From NCBI GenBank assembly GCA_963624325.1, contig CAVFPH010000058.1:1-12457 (forward strand): a DNA stretch of 12,457 nt. Reading direction: 5' to 3'. The translations under genes and the position numbers were made by a program. Positions 1-7,362 of this stretch are shown piece after piece (position 1 is the first letter of the stretch; the number at the start of each line of letters is the position of its first letter). A model generated the notes under the pieces. That model was not told where the DNA came from and ran no database searches. It worked only from the letters and a program-made list of their open reading frames with translations. Source of the DNA: a bacterium (GTDB lineage: Bacteria > Bacillota > Clostridia > Christensenellales > Aristaeellaceae).

Positions 1-902
1 CATTGAAAGATTGCGGCATCGAAGCGACTGTCCAGCAGCTGCTTCCACTGACAAAGGTATCCCTGATGCACGCAGCCCGGACGATGGCAGGTGAACGCGC
101 CGAGGATGTGCTTGCGGCCTATAAAATTCATGCCGAAGCCGAAGGCTTTGACACGATGCCGCCCTTCCCCGGCGCAATTCGTTTACTGCAAAGCGTCTGC
201 GCTCACGGCGGTCATAACTATCTCTACACGCACCGCGGTCAAAGTGCGCTTGATGCGCTTGATCATTATCAAATTGCCGGATACTTCACCGATGTGGTTA
301 CGGCTGAAGACCATTTTCCCCGCAAGCCCGCTCCCGATGCGCTGCTGTTCTTGATGGAAAAGCACCACCTGTCCCCCGCCCAGTGCGTCATGATCGGGGA
401 TCGCGACATCGATCTGCTCAGCGGCATCAATGCCGGCATGTCAGGCGCGATGTTTGATCCGGATAATTTCTATCCTAATTTCGATACGCCCTACCGTTAT
501 CACAGTCTGACTGAAATGATGCGGGATCTTACCTGGGATGAAGAAACGCTTGATCTGTGCATATCGGATATGCTGGAAATGCAGCAAGAACTTCACGCCG
601 TTCATCCCGAGTGGGGAAATTTAGATGCTGCTGCGGGCCGGAATCAGCTTCTCTGGCTGATGGGCGAACTGGGCGAGGTAATTGACGTGATCAAAAAGAA
701 TAAGGCATCTCGTCTGCTTGAACCCGGTCATGTCCGTGATTGCCTCACCGAAGAGCTTTCAGACGTAATGATGTACCTGAACGACGTTTTGCTGTGCTAT
801 GGTATAACGCCGGACGAAATCTCGTGCGCATATTACAAAAAGCACTTGCATAATCTGCATCGTGACTATCACCTCGAGCATGTAATGCGTTACGGAAAAT
901 AA
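1..902 (+). CDS. HAD-superfamily phosphatase (5'-partial) fused to a C-terminal MazG-like all-alpha NTP pyrophosphohydrolase domain
   Basis: The ORF is open to the window edge: the first full codon is at nt 3 and there is no upstream stop. HAD motif I (DxDxT) is absent, so the true N-terminus lies upstream. HAD motifs II (NYLYTHRG), III (PRKPAPD) and IV (MIGDRDIDLLSG) lie in the first ~175 aa. The last ~115 aa (nt ~555-899) carry the MazG-type metal-binding helices LMGELGEVIDVIKK (ExxE) and TEELSDVMMYLND (EExxD). Stop codon TAA at 900-902. Confidence 0.75.
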   Translation, partial: LKDCGIEATVQQLLPLTKVSLMHAARTMAGERAEDVLAAYKIHAEAEGFDTMPPFPGAIRLLQSVCAHGGHNYLYTHRGQSALDALDHYQIAGYFTDVVTAEDHFPRKPAPDALLFLMEKHHLSPAQCVMIGDRDIDLLSGINAGMSGAMFDPDNFYPNFDTPYRYHSLTEMMRDLTWDEETLDLCISDMLEMQQELHAVHPEWGNLDAAAGRNQLLWLMGELGEVIDVIKKNKASRLLEPGHVRDCLTEELSDVMMYLNDVLLCYGITPDEISCAYYKKHLHNLHRDYHLEHVMRYGK

Positions 903-917
903 AAGGAGTGGCTCGCC

Positions 918-1961
918 ATGCCAAGCAAACCTCAGCATCGCATCACTCAGCCGGGCCCGCTGCACGACGAGCATGGGCGTCTTGCTCAGCGTGGATATGC
1001 CACTTCTCTTTTGCTGCAGTATGACCGCAAGCGCATTGCAGCGTCTGCCTTGCGGATCAAGGAGTGGGATTATTACTATATCGGAAACGACTCCTTTGGC
1101 CTGGCGCTGACCATTGACGATAACGGCTACATGAGTTTGGACAGCATTTCCCTGCTTGATTTTGAAGCCCCGTGGCAGCAAACCACCTCTCGAATGGGTT
1201 TTATGCCCATGGGCAAACGCCATCTTCCCGCAACTTCCCTTTGCGGTGATATTGACGTTTCCGGGCGTGGGTATGAAATGCACTTCAAAAATAGCGGAAA
1301 ATCCCGCAGCTTGTACGGCAATATGCAGAATTTTTGCGGTACGGAAGCAATCAGCTTTGACATCACGCTGACCGATACGCCACAGGACAGCATGGTGATC
1401 GTTACCCCTTTCGACAAGGATGAAAAAGCATTCTACTACAATCAAAAAATCAATTGTCTTCGTGCGGAAGGTCGGGCACTTTTTGCCGGGCGAGAGTATC
1501 TGTTTTCGCCAGCCACTTCCTTTGCCGTTTTAGATTGGGGACGTGGTGTATGGACATATAACAACACATGGTATTGGGGATCTGCCTCCGGCATTGTGCA
1601 AGGAAAGCGTTTCGGATTCAACATCGGATACGGATTCGGGAACACCGATGCTGCAACGGAGAATATGTTGTTCGTAGACGGCATCGCCCATAAATTGTCG
1701 CAGGTAACCTTTCATATTCCCATGAAATGCGGGCATGAGGACTATCTGTCTCCATGGACATTTACCAGTGATGACGGGCGTTTTGAAATGGATTTCCTGC
1801 CAATTCTGGATCGTGCCGCCTGTACAGATGTGAAAGTAATTTGTTCCGATCAGCATCAGGTTTTCGGACGATATTCGGGCCATGTCATTCTGGATGATGG
1901 CAGCATGCTCACCGTTAAAAATTTGACCGGATTTGCCGAAAAAGTACACAATAAATGGTAA
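918..1961 (+). CDS. Conserved hypothetical protein, probably DUF2804 family
   Basis: ATG at 918 is preceded by AAGGAG (903-908, 9-nt spacer) and starts 16 nt after the upstream stop, so co-transcription is likely. The 347-aa product has no signal peptide or TM segment. It is Trp/Tyr-rich (IKEWDYYYIGN, YNNTWYWGSASG). The DUF2804 assignment is from memory of the family, not from a search. Confidence 0.6.
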   Translation: MPSKPQHRITQPGPLHDEHGRLAQRGYATSLLLQYDRKRIAASALRIKEWDYYYIGNDSFGLALTIDDNGYMSLDSISLLDFEAPWQQTTSRMGFMPMGKRHLPATSLCGDIDVSGRGYEMHFKNSGKSRSLYGNMQNFCGTEAISFDITLTDTPQDSMVIVTPFDKDEKAFYYNQKINCLRAEGRALFAGREYLFSPATSFAVLDWGRGVWTYNNTWYWGSASGIVQGKRFGFNIGYGFGNTDAATENMLFVDGIAHKLSQVTFHIPMKCGHEDYLSPWTFTSDDGRFEMDFLPILDRAACTDVKVICSDQHQVFGRYSGHVILDDGSMLTVKNLTGFAEKVHNKW

Positions 1962-2020
1962 CAGACAATAAAGCAATACATCCCACTTAACAGCCTTTTT
2001 TAGCAAAGGAGAGCAAGCCA

Positions 2021-3241
2021 ATGGAACTTTTATCTCAAGATGCAGCGCTTTTTGCCGCCATCACTCGTGAGGCGCAGCGCCAGCATGATAACTTGGAACT
2101 GATTGCATCGGAAAACTATGCCAGTCCCGCCGTTCGCGAGGCCATGGCAACCTGCCTTACCAATAAATACGCCGAAGGCTATCCCGGCCATCGTTATTAT
2201 GGCGGATGTGAGTTTGTGGACGAAGTAGAAAATCTGGCGATTGAACGTGCGAAGCAGCTTTTCGGCGCAGAGCATGCCAATGTGCAGCCGCATTCCGGCA
2301 GCCAAGCAAACATGGCCGCCTATATGGCGCTGCTTCAGCCCGGCGATGCTGTCCTCGGTATGGATTTGAATCACGGCGGACATCTCACCCATGGTTCCCC
2401 TGTTAATTTCAGCGGGAAACTCTACCGTTTCTTCAGCTATTCAACCGATGAGAACGGTTTGATTGACTATAACGCTGTGCGTGAACAAGCAAAGGCCGTA
2501 CATCCGCGCATGATTGTTGCCGGTGCATCTGCCTATCCGCGAACAATTGATTTCTCCGCTTTCCGCGATATTTGCGATGAAGTCGGGGCGTACTTGATGG
2601 TTGATATGGCGCATATTGCCGGCCTTGTTGCGGCAGGTTGCCATCCATCCCCCATTCCCTATGCGGACATCGTAACCACTACTACGCATAAGACGCTTCG
2701 CGGACCGCGTGGCGGCATGATCCTGTGCCGTGCCGAATACGCAAAGGCCGTTGATAAAGCTGTTTTCCCATGTACGCAGGGAGGGCCTCTGCTGCATATC
2801 ATCGCTGCAAAAGCTGTTTGTTTGCTGGAAGCGCTTCAGCCCGAGTTTACTCAGTATCAGCACCAGATCATCAGCAACGCCGATGCGCTTGCCAATACAC
2901 TGCTTGCGCAGGATTGCCCGCTGGTATCAGGCGGCACAGACAATCACTTGATGCTCATGGATTTGAGAACTGCGCCTATGACGGGTAAGCAATTGGAACA
3001 GGCGCTGGACTGCGTGCATATTACCGCCAATAAGAACATGATCCCAAACGACCCGCGCAAGCCCAACGAAACCAGCGGCCTTCGTCTGGGGACGCCTGCT
3101 GTAACCACCCGTGGCATGCAAGAAGACAGCATGGCTGTCATCGGCCGCTGTATCGCCGATACCCTGTATCAGCGCCGTCCGCCTGAGGAAATCACCGCAG
3201 ACGTATTGGCACTGACGCAAAAATATTGCCAATATCTGTAA
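2021..3241 (+). CDS. glyA: Serine hydroxymethyltransferase
   Basis: 406 aa with textbook SHMT blocks: [55 protein letters not shown], and the PLP-lysine block [25 protein letters not shown] lies about 8 nt upstream of the ATG. Confidence 0.97.
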   Translation: MELLSQDAALFAAITREAQRQHDNLELIASENYASPAVREAMATCLTNKYAEGYPGHRYYGGCEFVDEVENLAIERAKQLFGAEHANVQPHSGSQANMAAYMALLQPGDAVLGMDLNHGGHLTHGSPVNFSGKLYRFFSYSTDENGLIDYNAVREQAKAVHPRMIVAGASAYPRTIDFSAFRDICDEVGAYLMVDMAHIAGLVAAGCHPSPIPYADIVTTTTHKTLRGPRGGMILCRAEYAKAVDKAVFPCTQGGPLLHIIAAKAVCLLEALQPEFTQYQHQIISNADALANTLLAQDCPLVSGGTDNHLMLMDLRTAPMTGKQLEQALDCVHITANKNMIPNDPRKPNETSGLRLGTPAVTTRGMQEDSMAVIGRCIADTLYQRRPPEEITADVLALTQKYCQYL

Positions 3242-3290
3242 TGTATCTCAAACCGCCATTGTGCATTTCAGCGTGAGAAGCGAAAAAGTT

Positions 3291-3336
3291 AAAAGCCGAA
3301 GAATGCTGTTTTATCAGCAAACTTCGGCTTTATTTT
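3291..3336. terminator. Bidirectional intrinsic terminator between convergent glyA and the isomerase gene
   Basis: A 10-bp stem AAAGCCGAAG (3292-3301) pairs with CTTCGGCTTT (3322-3331). An inner helix GCTG (3305-3308) pairs with CAGC (3315-3318). ATTTT follows on the + strand, and an A-run upstream gives a T-run on the - strand. Confidence 0.7.
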
Positions 3337-3346
3337 AAGGTGCTGC

Positions 3347-4336
3347 TCAGTCGCGCTTCAAAGCAGAATCAAAACTGAATGTGGAAGGCTCAAAATTGAT
3401 TTGGCTGGCAAATTCGAATGCTTCTGTTGCGCCGAAGATGCGCTCCATGCCGCTGTCTTCCCATTCAACGCACAGCGGGCCACGGTAGCCCATCTGGTTG
3501 AGTTCACGAATGATACCGTCGAAATCAACATCACCATGTCCAAGGGAAACAAAGTTCCAGCCACGGCGAGTATCGCCGAACTCAATGTGGGAACCCAAGA
3601 GTCCCGTACGTCCGTCCTGGTGCAGCTTGACATCCTTGAGATGAACATGGTAGATGCGGTTTGAGAAGTCATGCAGGAAAGTCTGCGGATCTACACCCTG
3701 CCACAACAGATGACTCGGATCAAAATTAAGTCCCAAAGTCGGGCGATAGTCCAGCGTTTCCAGCAAACGTTTGGTGCTGTAGTAGTCAAAAGCGATCTCG
3801 GTGGGATGCACTTCCAACGCGAGTTTTACCCCGCATTCATCATAAACATCGAAAATAGGTGTCCAGAGCTCCTTGATTTTCTGGAAACCGGCATCTACCA
3901 TTTCAGGCGTAGTTTGCGGGAACGAATACCACATTGCCCAGATAGGAGAACCCAGGAAGCAGGTCACTACCTTGACATTGAGCAGCTTTGCCGCATAGGC
4001 AACATTCTTCATTTCTTCGATTGCCCACGCACGAATTGCTTCTGGATTGCCCTTGCAGTGCGCCGGGGCAAAATTATCCAGACGAGGATCCCAGTTGTCT
4101 CCTACGCACTGGCCGATCAAATGTGCTGAAATAGCACCGATCTGCATATCATACTTGCGCAGCGTCTCGTCGATCTCATTGCGATACGCGGCATCATTCA
4201 GGGCACGTCTTACATCCAGGTGGGATTGTGTGGCAATCTCGATGCCGTTATACCCGATGTCATGCATCGTTTTGCAAAGCTCTTCCAACGTGAGATCACC
4301 GAATTGACCTGAGCAGATATTGATTGGGCGTTTCAT
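3347..4336 (-). CDS. Sugar phosphate isomerase/epimerase (xylose isomerase-like TIM barrel, AP endonuclease 2 fold)
   Basis: 329 aa with family-typical blocks: GYNGIEI, KLALEVHPTEIAFD, LGLNFDPSHLLWQGVD, HVHLKDV, VSLGHGDVDF, and PLCVEWED (metal-ligand E/D/H/E pattern). Strong RBS AAGGAGGAAAAAACC immediately before the ATG. Substrate unknown. Confidence 0.8.
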   Translation of the reverse strand: MKRPINICSGQFGDLTLEELCKTMHDIGYNGIEIATQSHLDVRRALNDAAYRNEIDETLRKYDMQIGAISAHLIGQCVGDNWDPRLDNFAPAHCKGNPEAIRAWAIEEMKNVAYAAKLLNVKVVTCFLGSPIWAMWYSFPQTTPEMVDAGFQKIKELWTPIFDVYDECGVKLALEVHPTEIAFDYYSTKRLLETLDYRPTLGLNFDPSHLLWQGVDPQTFLHDFSNRIYHVHLKDVKLHQDGRTGLLGSHIEFGDTRRGWNFVSLGHGDVDFDGIIRELNQMGYRGPLCVEWEDSGMERIFGATEAFEFASQINFEPSTFSFDSALKRD

Positions 4337-4365
4337 GGTTTTTTCCTCCTTGCTGTACTTAATAC

Positions 4366-4381
4366 CTATTGTGAGGTTACA
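4366..4381. promoter_or_regulatory. Candidate operator: imperfect palindrome ATTGTGAGGTTACAAT in the isomerase 5' UTR
   Basis: ATTGT (4366-4370) and ACAAT (4377-4381) are inverted repeats. The left half ATTGTGAG is identical to the left half of lacO1, but the spacing is shorter and there is no central CG. It lies 30-45 nt upstream of the isomerase start codon. Confidence 0.25.
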
Positions 4382-4409
4382 ATGTGAAAAGTGCCAAACC
4401 AGGCTAGGT

Positions 4410-4438
4410 TTATTTTAAGAATTCACTGTTATTTCGTC
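4410..4438 (-). promoter_or_regulatory. Candidate sigma-A promoter for the isomerase gene
   Basis: On the - strand: -35 TTGACG (4438-4433), a 17-nt spacer, and -10 TAAAAT (4415-4410). This predicts a ~65-nt 5' UTR. Sequence-only prediction. Confidence 0.35.
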
Positions 4439-4557
4439 AATGATTTTTTTCACTGTAAAAGTGTCATTTTGCGCTATTATTTACTGAGAGCAAAGCTTTA
4501 AGTTTTGAAAAAATACAGTGAGATTACCGCTTTCCATGCTTGCCGTCAAGAATTACC

Positions 4558-4586
4558 TTGACAAAATTTAATCGGCCCCATATAAT
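4558..4586 (+). promoter_or_regulatory. Consensus sigma-A promoter of the cysE-cysS operon
   Basis: Perfect -35 TTGACA (4558-4563), an exact 17-nt spacer, and perfect -10 TATAAT (4581-4586). It sits directly upstream of the T-box leader. Confidence 0.75.
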
Positions 4587-4592
4587 AGCAGT

Positions 4593-4821
4593 ATGGCAAT
4601 GATCAGGGAAAAATCCCGGTTTTTTCGTCCAAGAGAAGGCGCGTCATGGCTGAGAGCGTGCTTGACGAATGCGGGCAGTGCCTCTGTGAGCCGCGCACCG
4701 AAGGTTCAGTAGGCTGCGCCGTTTGTGCCGCGTTAAGGCAATCCGAGTGGGGGCTTTGGCCTCAAGCGGAGTGGAACCACGGTTTATCGCCGTCTCCCGC
4801 ATGGGAGGCGGCGTTTATTTT
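4593..4821 (+). promoter_or_regulatory. T-box riboswitch leader, tRNA-Cys specific (UGC specifier)
   Basis: Stem I can be drawn with every canonical element. Base helix: 4595-4597/4690-4692. K-turn: AAUGA (4598-4602) opposite GA (4688-4689). Helix: 4604-4606/4684-4686. Specifier Loop 3' strand CAG-UGC-C, with UGC at 4679-4681. Helices: 4615-4618/4672-4675 and 4624-4629/4664-4669. AG bulge: AGAGA (4632-4636). Distal helix 4637-4643/4657-4663 closes the loop UCAUGGCUGAGAG. Downstream come AGUA (4708-4711), an F-box-like CCGUUU (4719-4724), and Stem III (~4750-4763). The T-box sequence GGAGUGGAACCACGG (4768-4782) forms antiterminator helices 4768-4771/4794-4797 and 4779-4782/4790-4793, flanking the canonical 7-nt bulge UGGAACC. 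Confidence 0.85.
4788..4821 (+). terminator. T-box leader terminator (alternative to the antiterminator)
   Basis: An 11-bp stem CGCCGTCTCCC (4788-4798) pairs with GGGAGGCGGCG (4803-4813) around the loop GCAT, followed by TTTATTTT. Its 5' strand overlaps the 3' strand of the antiterminator. Confidence 0.85.
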
Positions 4822-4841
4822 GTAAAATGAAGGAGGACATT

Positions 4842-5558
4842 ATGCCGACACGCTTGTCGGAAGATATCGCCACTGTATTTGCAAGAGATCCGGCCGCGCG
4901 CAGCCGTATTGAAGTGCTTCTTTGTTATCCTGGTATCAAAGCGCTTTTCTGGCATCGCGTTGCGCACAAATTATACTTGCGAAAACACACGCTGCTGGCG
5001 CGTTGGATATCGTCACGTACCCGCCGAAAAACAGGCATTGAAATTCACCCCGGTGCTCAAATCGGCCGCCGCATGTTTATCGATCACGGTGCAGGCGTCG
5101 TGATTGGCGAAACTGCCGAAATCGGAGACGACGTTACACTTTATCAGGGTGCTACCCTGGGCGGCACAGGCAAAGATCACGGGAAACGCCACCCGACCGT
5201 TGGAAACGGTGTGATTATCGGGGCAGGCGCCAAGGTGCTCGGTCCCATCACTTTGGGACAAAATGTTAAGGTTGGAGCAGGTGCCATTGTACTCAAATCC
5301 GTACCCGACGGCTGCACCGTGGTCGGCAATCCCGGCCGCATCGTCAGAAGGCCGGATGGTTCGCGTCCTACGCTGGATCACGGCAATCTTCCCGACCCCA
5401 TGCTGGAGCGCATGCAAATGCTCTATCACCGCTTAACAGTGCTGGAAAGTGTCCTGCGTGACTTTGCCTGCCGCCTTGGATGCGATCAATGCCCGGAAAA
5501 CATCAAAGACTGCCCGCTAAAAAATTCGGATCATTCCAAACAAGATTCCGAAACTTAA
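4842..5558 (+). CDS. cysE: Serine O-acetyltransferase with a Cys-rich C-terminal tail
   Basis: Hexapeptide-repeat SAT blocks: [69 protein letters not shown], and LPDP. I place the start at ATG 4842 (AGGAGG at 4831-4836, 5-nt spacer) rather than the ORF-track ATG 4827. ATG 4827 directly abuts the terminator U-tract and has no RBS. Confidence 0.93.
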   Translation: MPTRLSEDIATVFARDPAARSRIEVLLCYPGIKALFWHRVAHKLYLRKHTLLARWISSRTRRKTGIEIHPGAQIGRRMFIDHGAGVVIGETAEIGDDVTLYQGATLGGTGKDHGKRHPTVGNGVIIGAGAKVLGPITLGQNVKVGAGAIVLKSVPDGCTVVGNPGRIVRRPDGSRPTLDHGNLPDPMLERMQMLYHRLTVLESVLRDFACRLGCDQCPENIKDCPLKNSDHSKQDSET

Positions 5559-5571
5559 GGAGGAAAAAGCA

Positions 5572-6969
5572 ATGCAGATTTACAACAGTAAAACCAGACG
5601 GAAAGAAGAATTTGTTCCCATTCATCCGGGCGAAGCCCGTATTTACGCCTGCGGGCCAACGGTATACAATTATTTTCATGTAGGCAATGCACGCCCGTTT
5701 ATCGTATTCGATGTCCTGCGCAGATATTTGGAGCATCGCGGATACAAAGTTACCTTCGTACAAAATTTCACCGACATTGACGATAAGATGATCCGCCGTG
5801 CCAACGAAGAAGGCATTACGGTAAAAGAGCTTGGTGATCGCTTCATTGCCGAATACTATAAGGATGCACAGGCACTCGGCATTCGTCCCGCTACCGTACA
5901 CCCTCGTGCAACCGAACATATTCCGCAGATTATCGCCTTGGTACAAAAGCTGATTGACAAGGGCTTGGCATACGAAGTCAATGGCGATGTTTACTTTGAT
6001 ACCGCCGCTTTCCCGGCATACGGCTGCCTCTCCGGTCAAAATCTGGAAGATTTGGAAGCAGGAGCACGCGTCGATGTTGACAATGCAAAAAAGAATCCGG
6101 CGGACTTTGCCGTATGGAAAGCTCAAAAGCCGGGTGAGCCCGCTTGGTCCAGCCCTTGGGGAATGGGCCGCCCCGGCTGGCATATTGAATGCAGCGCCAT
6201 GAGCATGGCATATTTAGGAGAGACCTTTGACATTCACTGCGGAGGCAAGGATTTGCTCTTCCCCCACCATGAAAATGAAGTTGCACAAAGTGAAGGAGCA
6301 ACAGGCAAGCCTTATGTACATTATTGGATGCATAATGGCTTTATCAATGTAAACAATGAAAAAATGTCCAAATCTCTCGGCAACTTCTTCACTGTGCGCG
6401 ACATTCTTAAGGAATTCGATGCGGAAGATGTGCGTATGTTCATGCTTTCCGCTCAATACCGCAGCCCCATCAACTTCAGCCGTGAAATGATCGCTCAGGC
6501 CCATGCCTCGCTTTCTCGCCTTTATACTGCCCGCGACCAGATGAGTTTCCTGCTGGAGCACGCTCAGGATCGCCCGCTGAACGAAGCGGAACAGGCCTTT
6601 GCCAATCGAATCAAGACCTATGCTGATCGCTTTGATAGTGCAATGGATGATGATCTGAATACCGCAGATGCAATCGGCGCACTGTTTGAAATCGTCCGTG
6701 ACGCAAACGTTACCCTGACATCCGACAGCAGCAAAGCTGCCATTAAAACAGCGCTCGACACTTTGACATCGCTTTGCGATGTGTTGGGGCTGATGATGAA
6801 AAAGGGCGGCGAGCTTCCTGTCGACATTCAGGCATTGGCTGATTCGCGTGCACAAGCCCGTAAAGATCGCGACTGGAAGAAGAGTGATGAACTTCGTGAT
6901 CAGCTTAAATCGCTCGGCTATATCGTAGAAGATACGAAGGAGGGACAGAAGGTACGAAAGGCAGTGTAA
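5572..6969 (+). CDS. cysS: Cysteine--tRNA ligase
   Basis: 465 aa with the HIGH motif (YFHVGNARP), the KMSKS motif ([11 protein letters not shown]), and the zinc-site pattern ([30 protein letters not shown]). The RBS AAGGAGG overlaps the cysE stop codon. Confidence 0.97.
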   Translation: MQIYNSKTRRKEEFVPIHPGEARIYACGPTVYNYFHVGNARPFIVFDVLRRYLEHRGYKVTFVQNFTDIDDKMIRRANEEGITVKELGDRFIAEYYKDAQALGIRPATVHPRATEHIPQIIALVQKLIDKGLAYEVNGDVYFDTAAFPAYGCLSGQNLEDLEAGARVDVDNAKKNPADFAVWKAQKPGEPAWSSPWGMGRPGWHIECSAMSMAYLGETFDIHCGGKDLLFPHHENEVAQSEGATGKPYVHYWMHNGFINVNNEKMSKSLGNFFTVRDILKEFDAEDVRMFMLSAQYRSPINFSREMIAQAHASLSRLYTARDQMSFLLEHAQDRPLNEAEQAFANRIKTYADRFDSAMDDDLNTADAIGALFEIVRDANVTLTSDSSKAAIKTALDTLTSLCDVLGLMMKKGGELPVDIQALADSRAQARKDRDWKKSDELRDQLKSLGYIVEDTKEGQKVRKAV

Positions 6970-6980
6970 AGCATATCCAA

Positions 6981-7349
6981 TTGTCAGACCATACCCGCAC
7001 TGCGTTTCTCTATATCGTCTGTGCGGTTCTTGCGTGCGCAATTTTATATGTTCTTTTCCGCTTTGTCATTTCCTTTCGTCCCGCCGAAGCAACGGTTTAT
7101 TCCATACGTGGTCAGTACGCAACCGCTGCGCCTCTCACCGATGCAGATAAAGCCCAGCGTATCAATTTGAACACTGCCTCAAAAGAGGATTTGATGACGC
7201 TGCCCGGCATCGGCACAAAAACCGCACAAGCTATTCTGGATCTCCGATCGGAGCTTGGCACATTTCGCTATATCGAAGAGCTTTTGCACGTGCGCGGCAT
7301 TGGTGAGAAGAAACTGCTTTCCATTTATGACTTAGTCTATGTAGAATAA
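6981..7349 (+). CDS. ComEA-like membrane-anchored helix-hairpin-helix DNA-binding protein
   Basis: N-terminal TM helix (AFLYIVCAVLACAILYVLFRFVI) followed by a tandem HhH region (INLNTASKEDLMTLPGIGTKTAQAILD ... VRGIGEKKLLSI). This matches the ComEA C-terminal domain. The only in-frame start I can find is TTG 6981, which has no obvious Shine-Dalgarno, so the start position is uncertain. Confidence 0.65.
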   Translation: MSDHTRTAFLYIVCAVLACAILYVLFRFVISFRPAEATVYSIRGQYATAAPLTDADKAQRINLNTASKEDLMTLPGIGTKTAQAILDLRSELGTFRYIEELLHVRGIGEKKLLSIYDLVYVE

Positions 7350-7362
7350 GGAGAATCTGATC

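Noticed and set aside
759-1445. 228-aa ORF on the - strand overlapping the end of the HAD::MazG gene and the DUF2804 gene. The same applies to 1530..2021 (-), 163 aa.
   Set aside because: It is fully antisense to well-supported genes. It has no RBS, and its low-complexity translation matches no motif. This is a typical shadow ORF.
4438-4485. 15-codon sORF (MIFFTVKVSFCAIIY) in the divergent intergenic region
   Set aside because: It has no Shine-Dalgarno, it overlaps the predicted -35 of the opposite-strand promoter, and its AT-rich composition makes chance ORFs likely.
4606-4625. Small hairpin GGGA-aaaa-TCCC followed by T6, resembling a terminator right after the TSS
   Set aside because: It has only 4 bp. 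The same bases are better explained as the Specifier Loop 5' strand and adjacent helices of T-box Stem I.
4668-4674. GAA-UGC-G looked like a textbook specifier context (GAA + codon + purine)
   Set aside because: In the only fold that reproduces the K-turn, AG bulge and distal loop, these bases are paired in helices 4664-4669 and 4672-4675. The UGC at 4679-4681 occupies the Specifier Loop position instead.
4700-4706. GAA-GGU-U as a possible glycine specifier
   Set aside because: It lies 3' of the Stem I base helix, in the linker/Stem II region next to the AGUA box. A Gly specifier would also not fit the cysE-cysS cargo.
4827-4841. ORF-track start ATG 4827 for cysE (MKEDIM…)
   Set aside because: It directly abuts the terminator U-tract and has no RBS. 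ATG 4842 has AGGAGG at optimal spacing, and it gives an N-terminus (MPTRLSEDI…) that aligns with the short N-terminus of Bacillus-type CysE.
5503-7041. Two long - strand ORFs (5503..6183, 226 aa; 6214..7041, 275 aa) antisense to cysS
   Set aside because: cysS on the + strand has unambiguous HIGH, KMSKS and zinc-site motifs. The antisense translations have no recognisable features or start signals.
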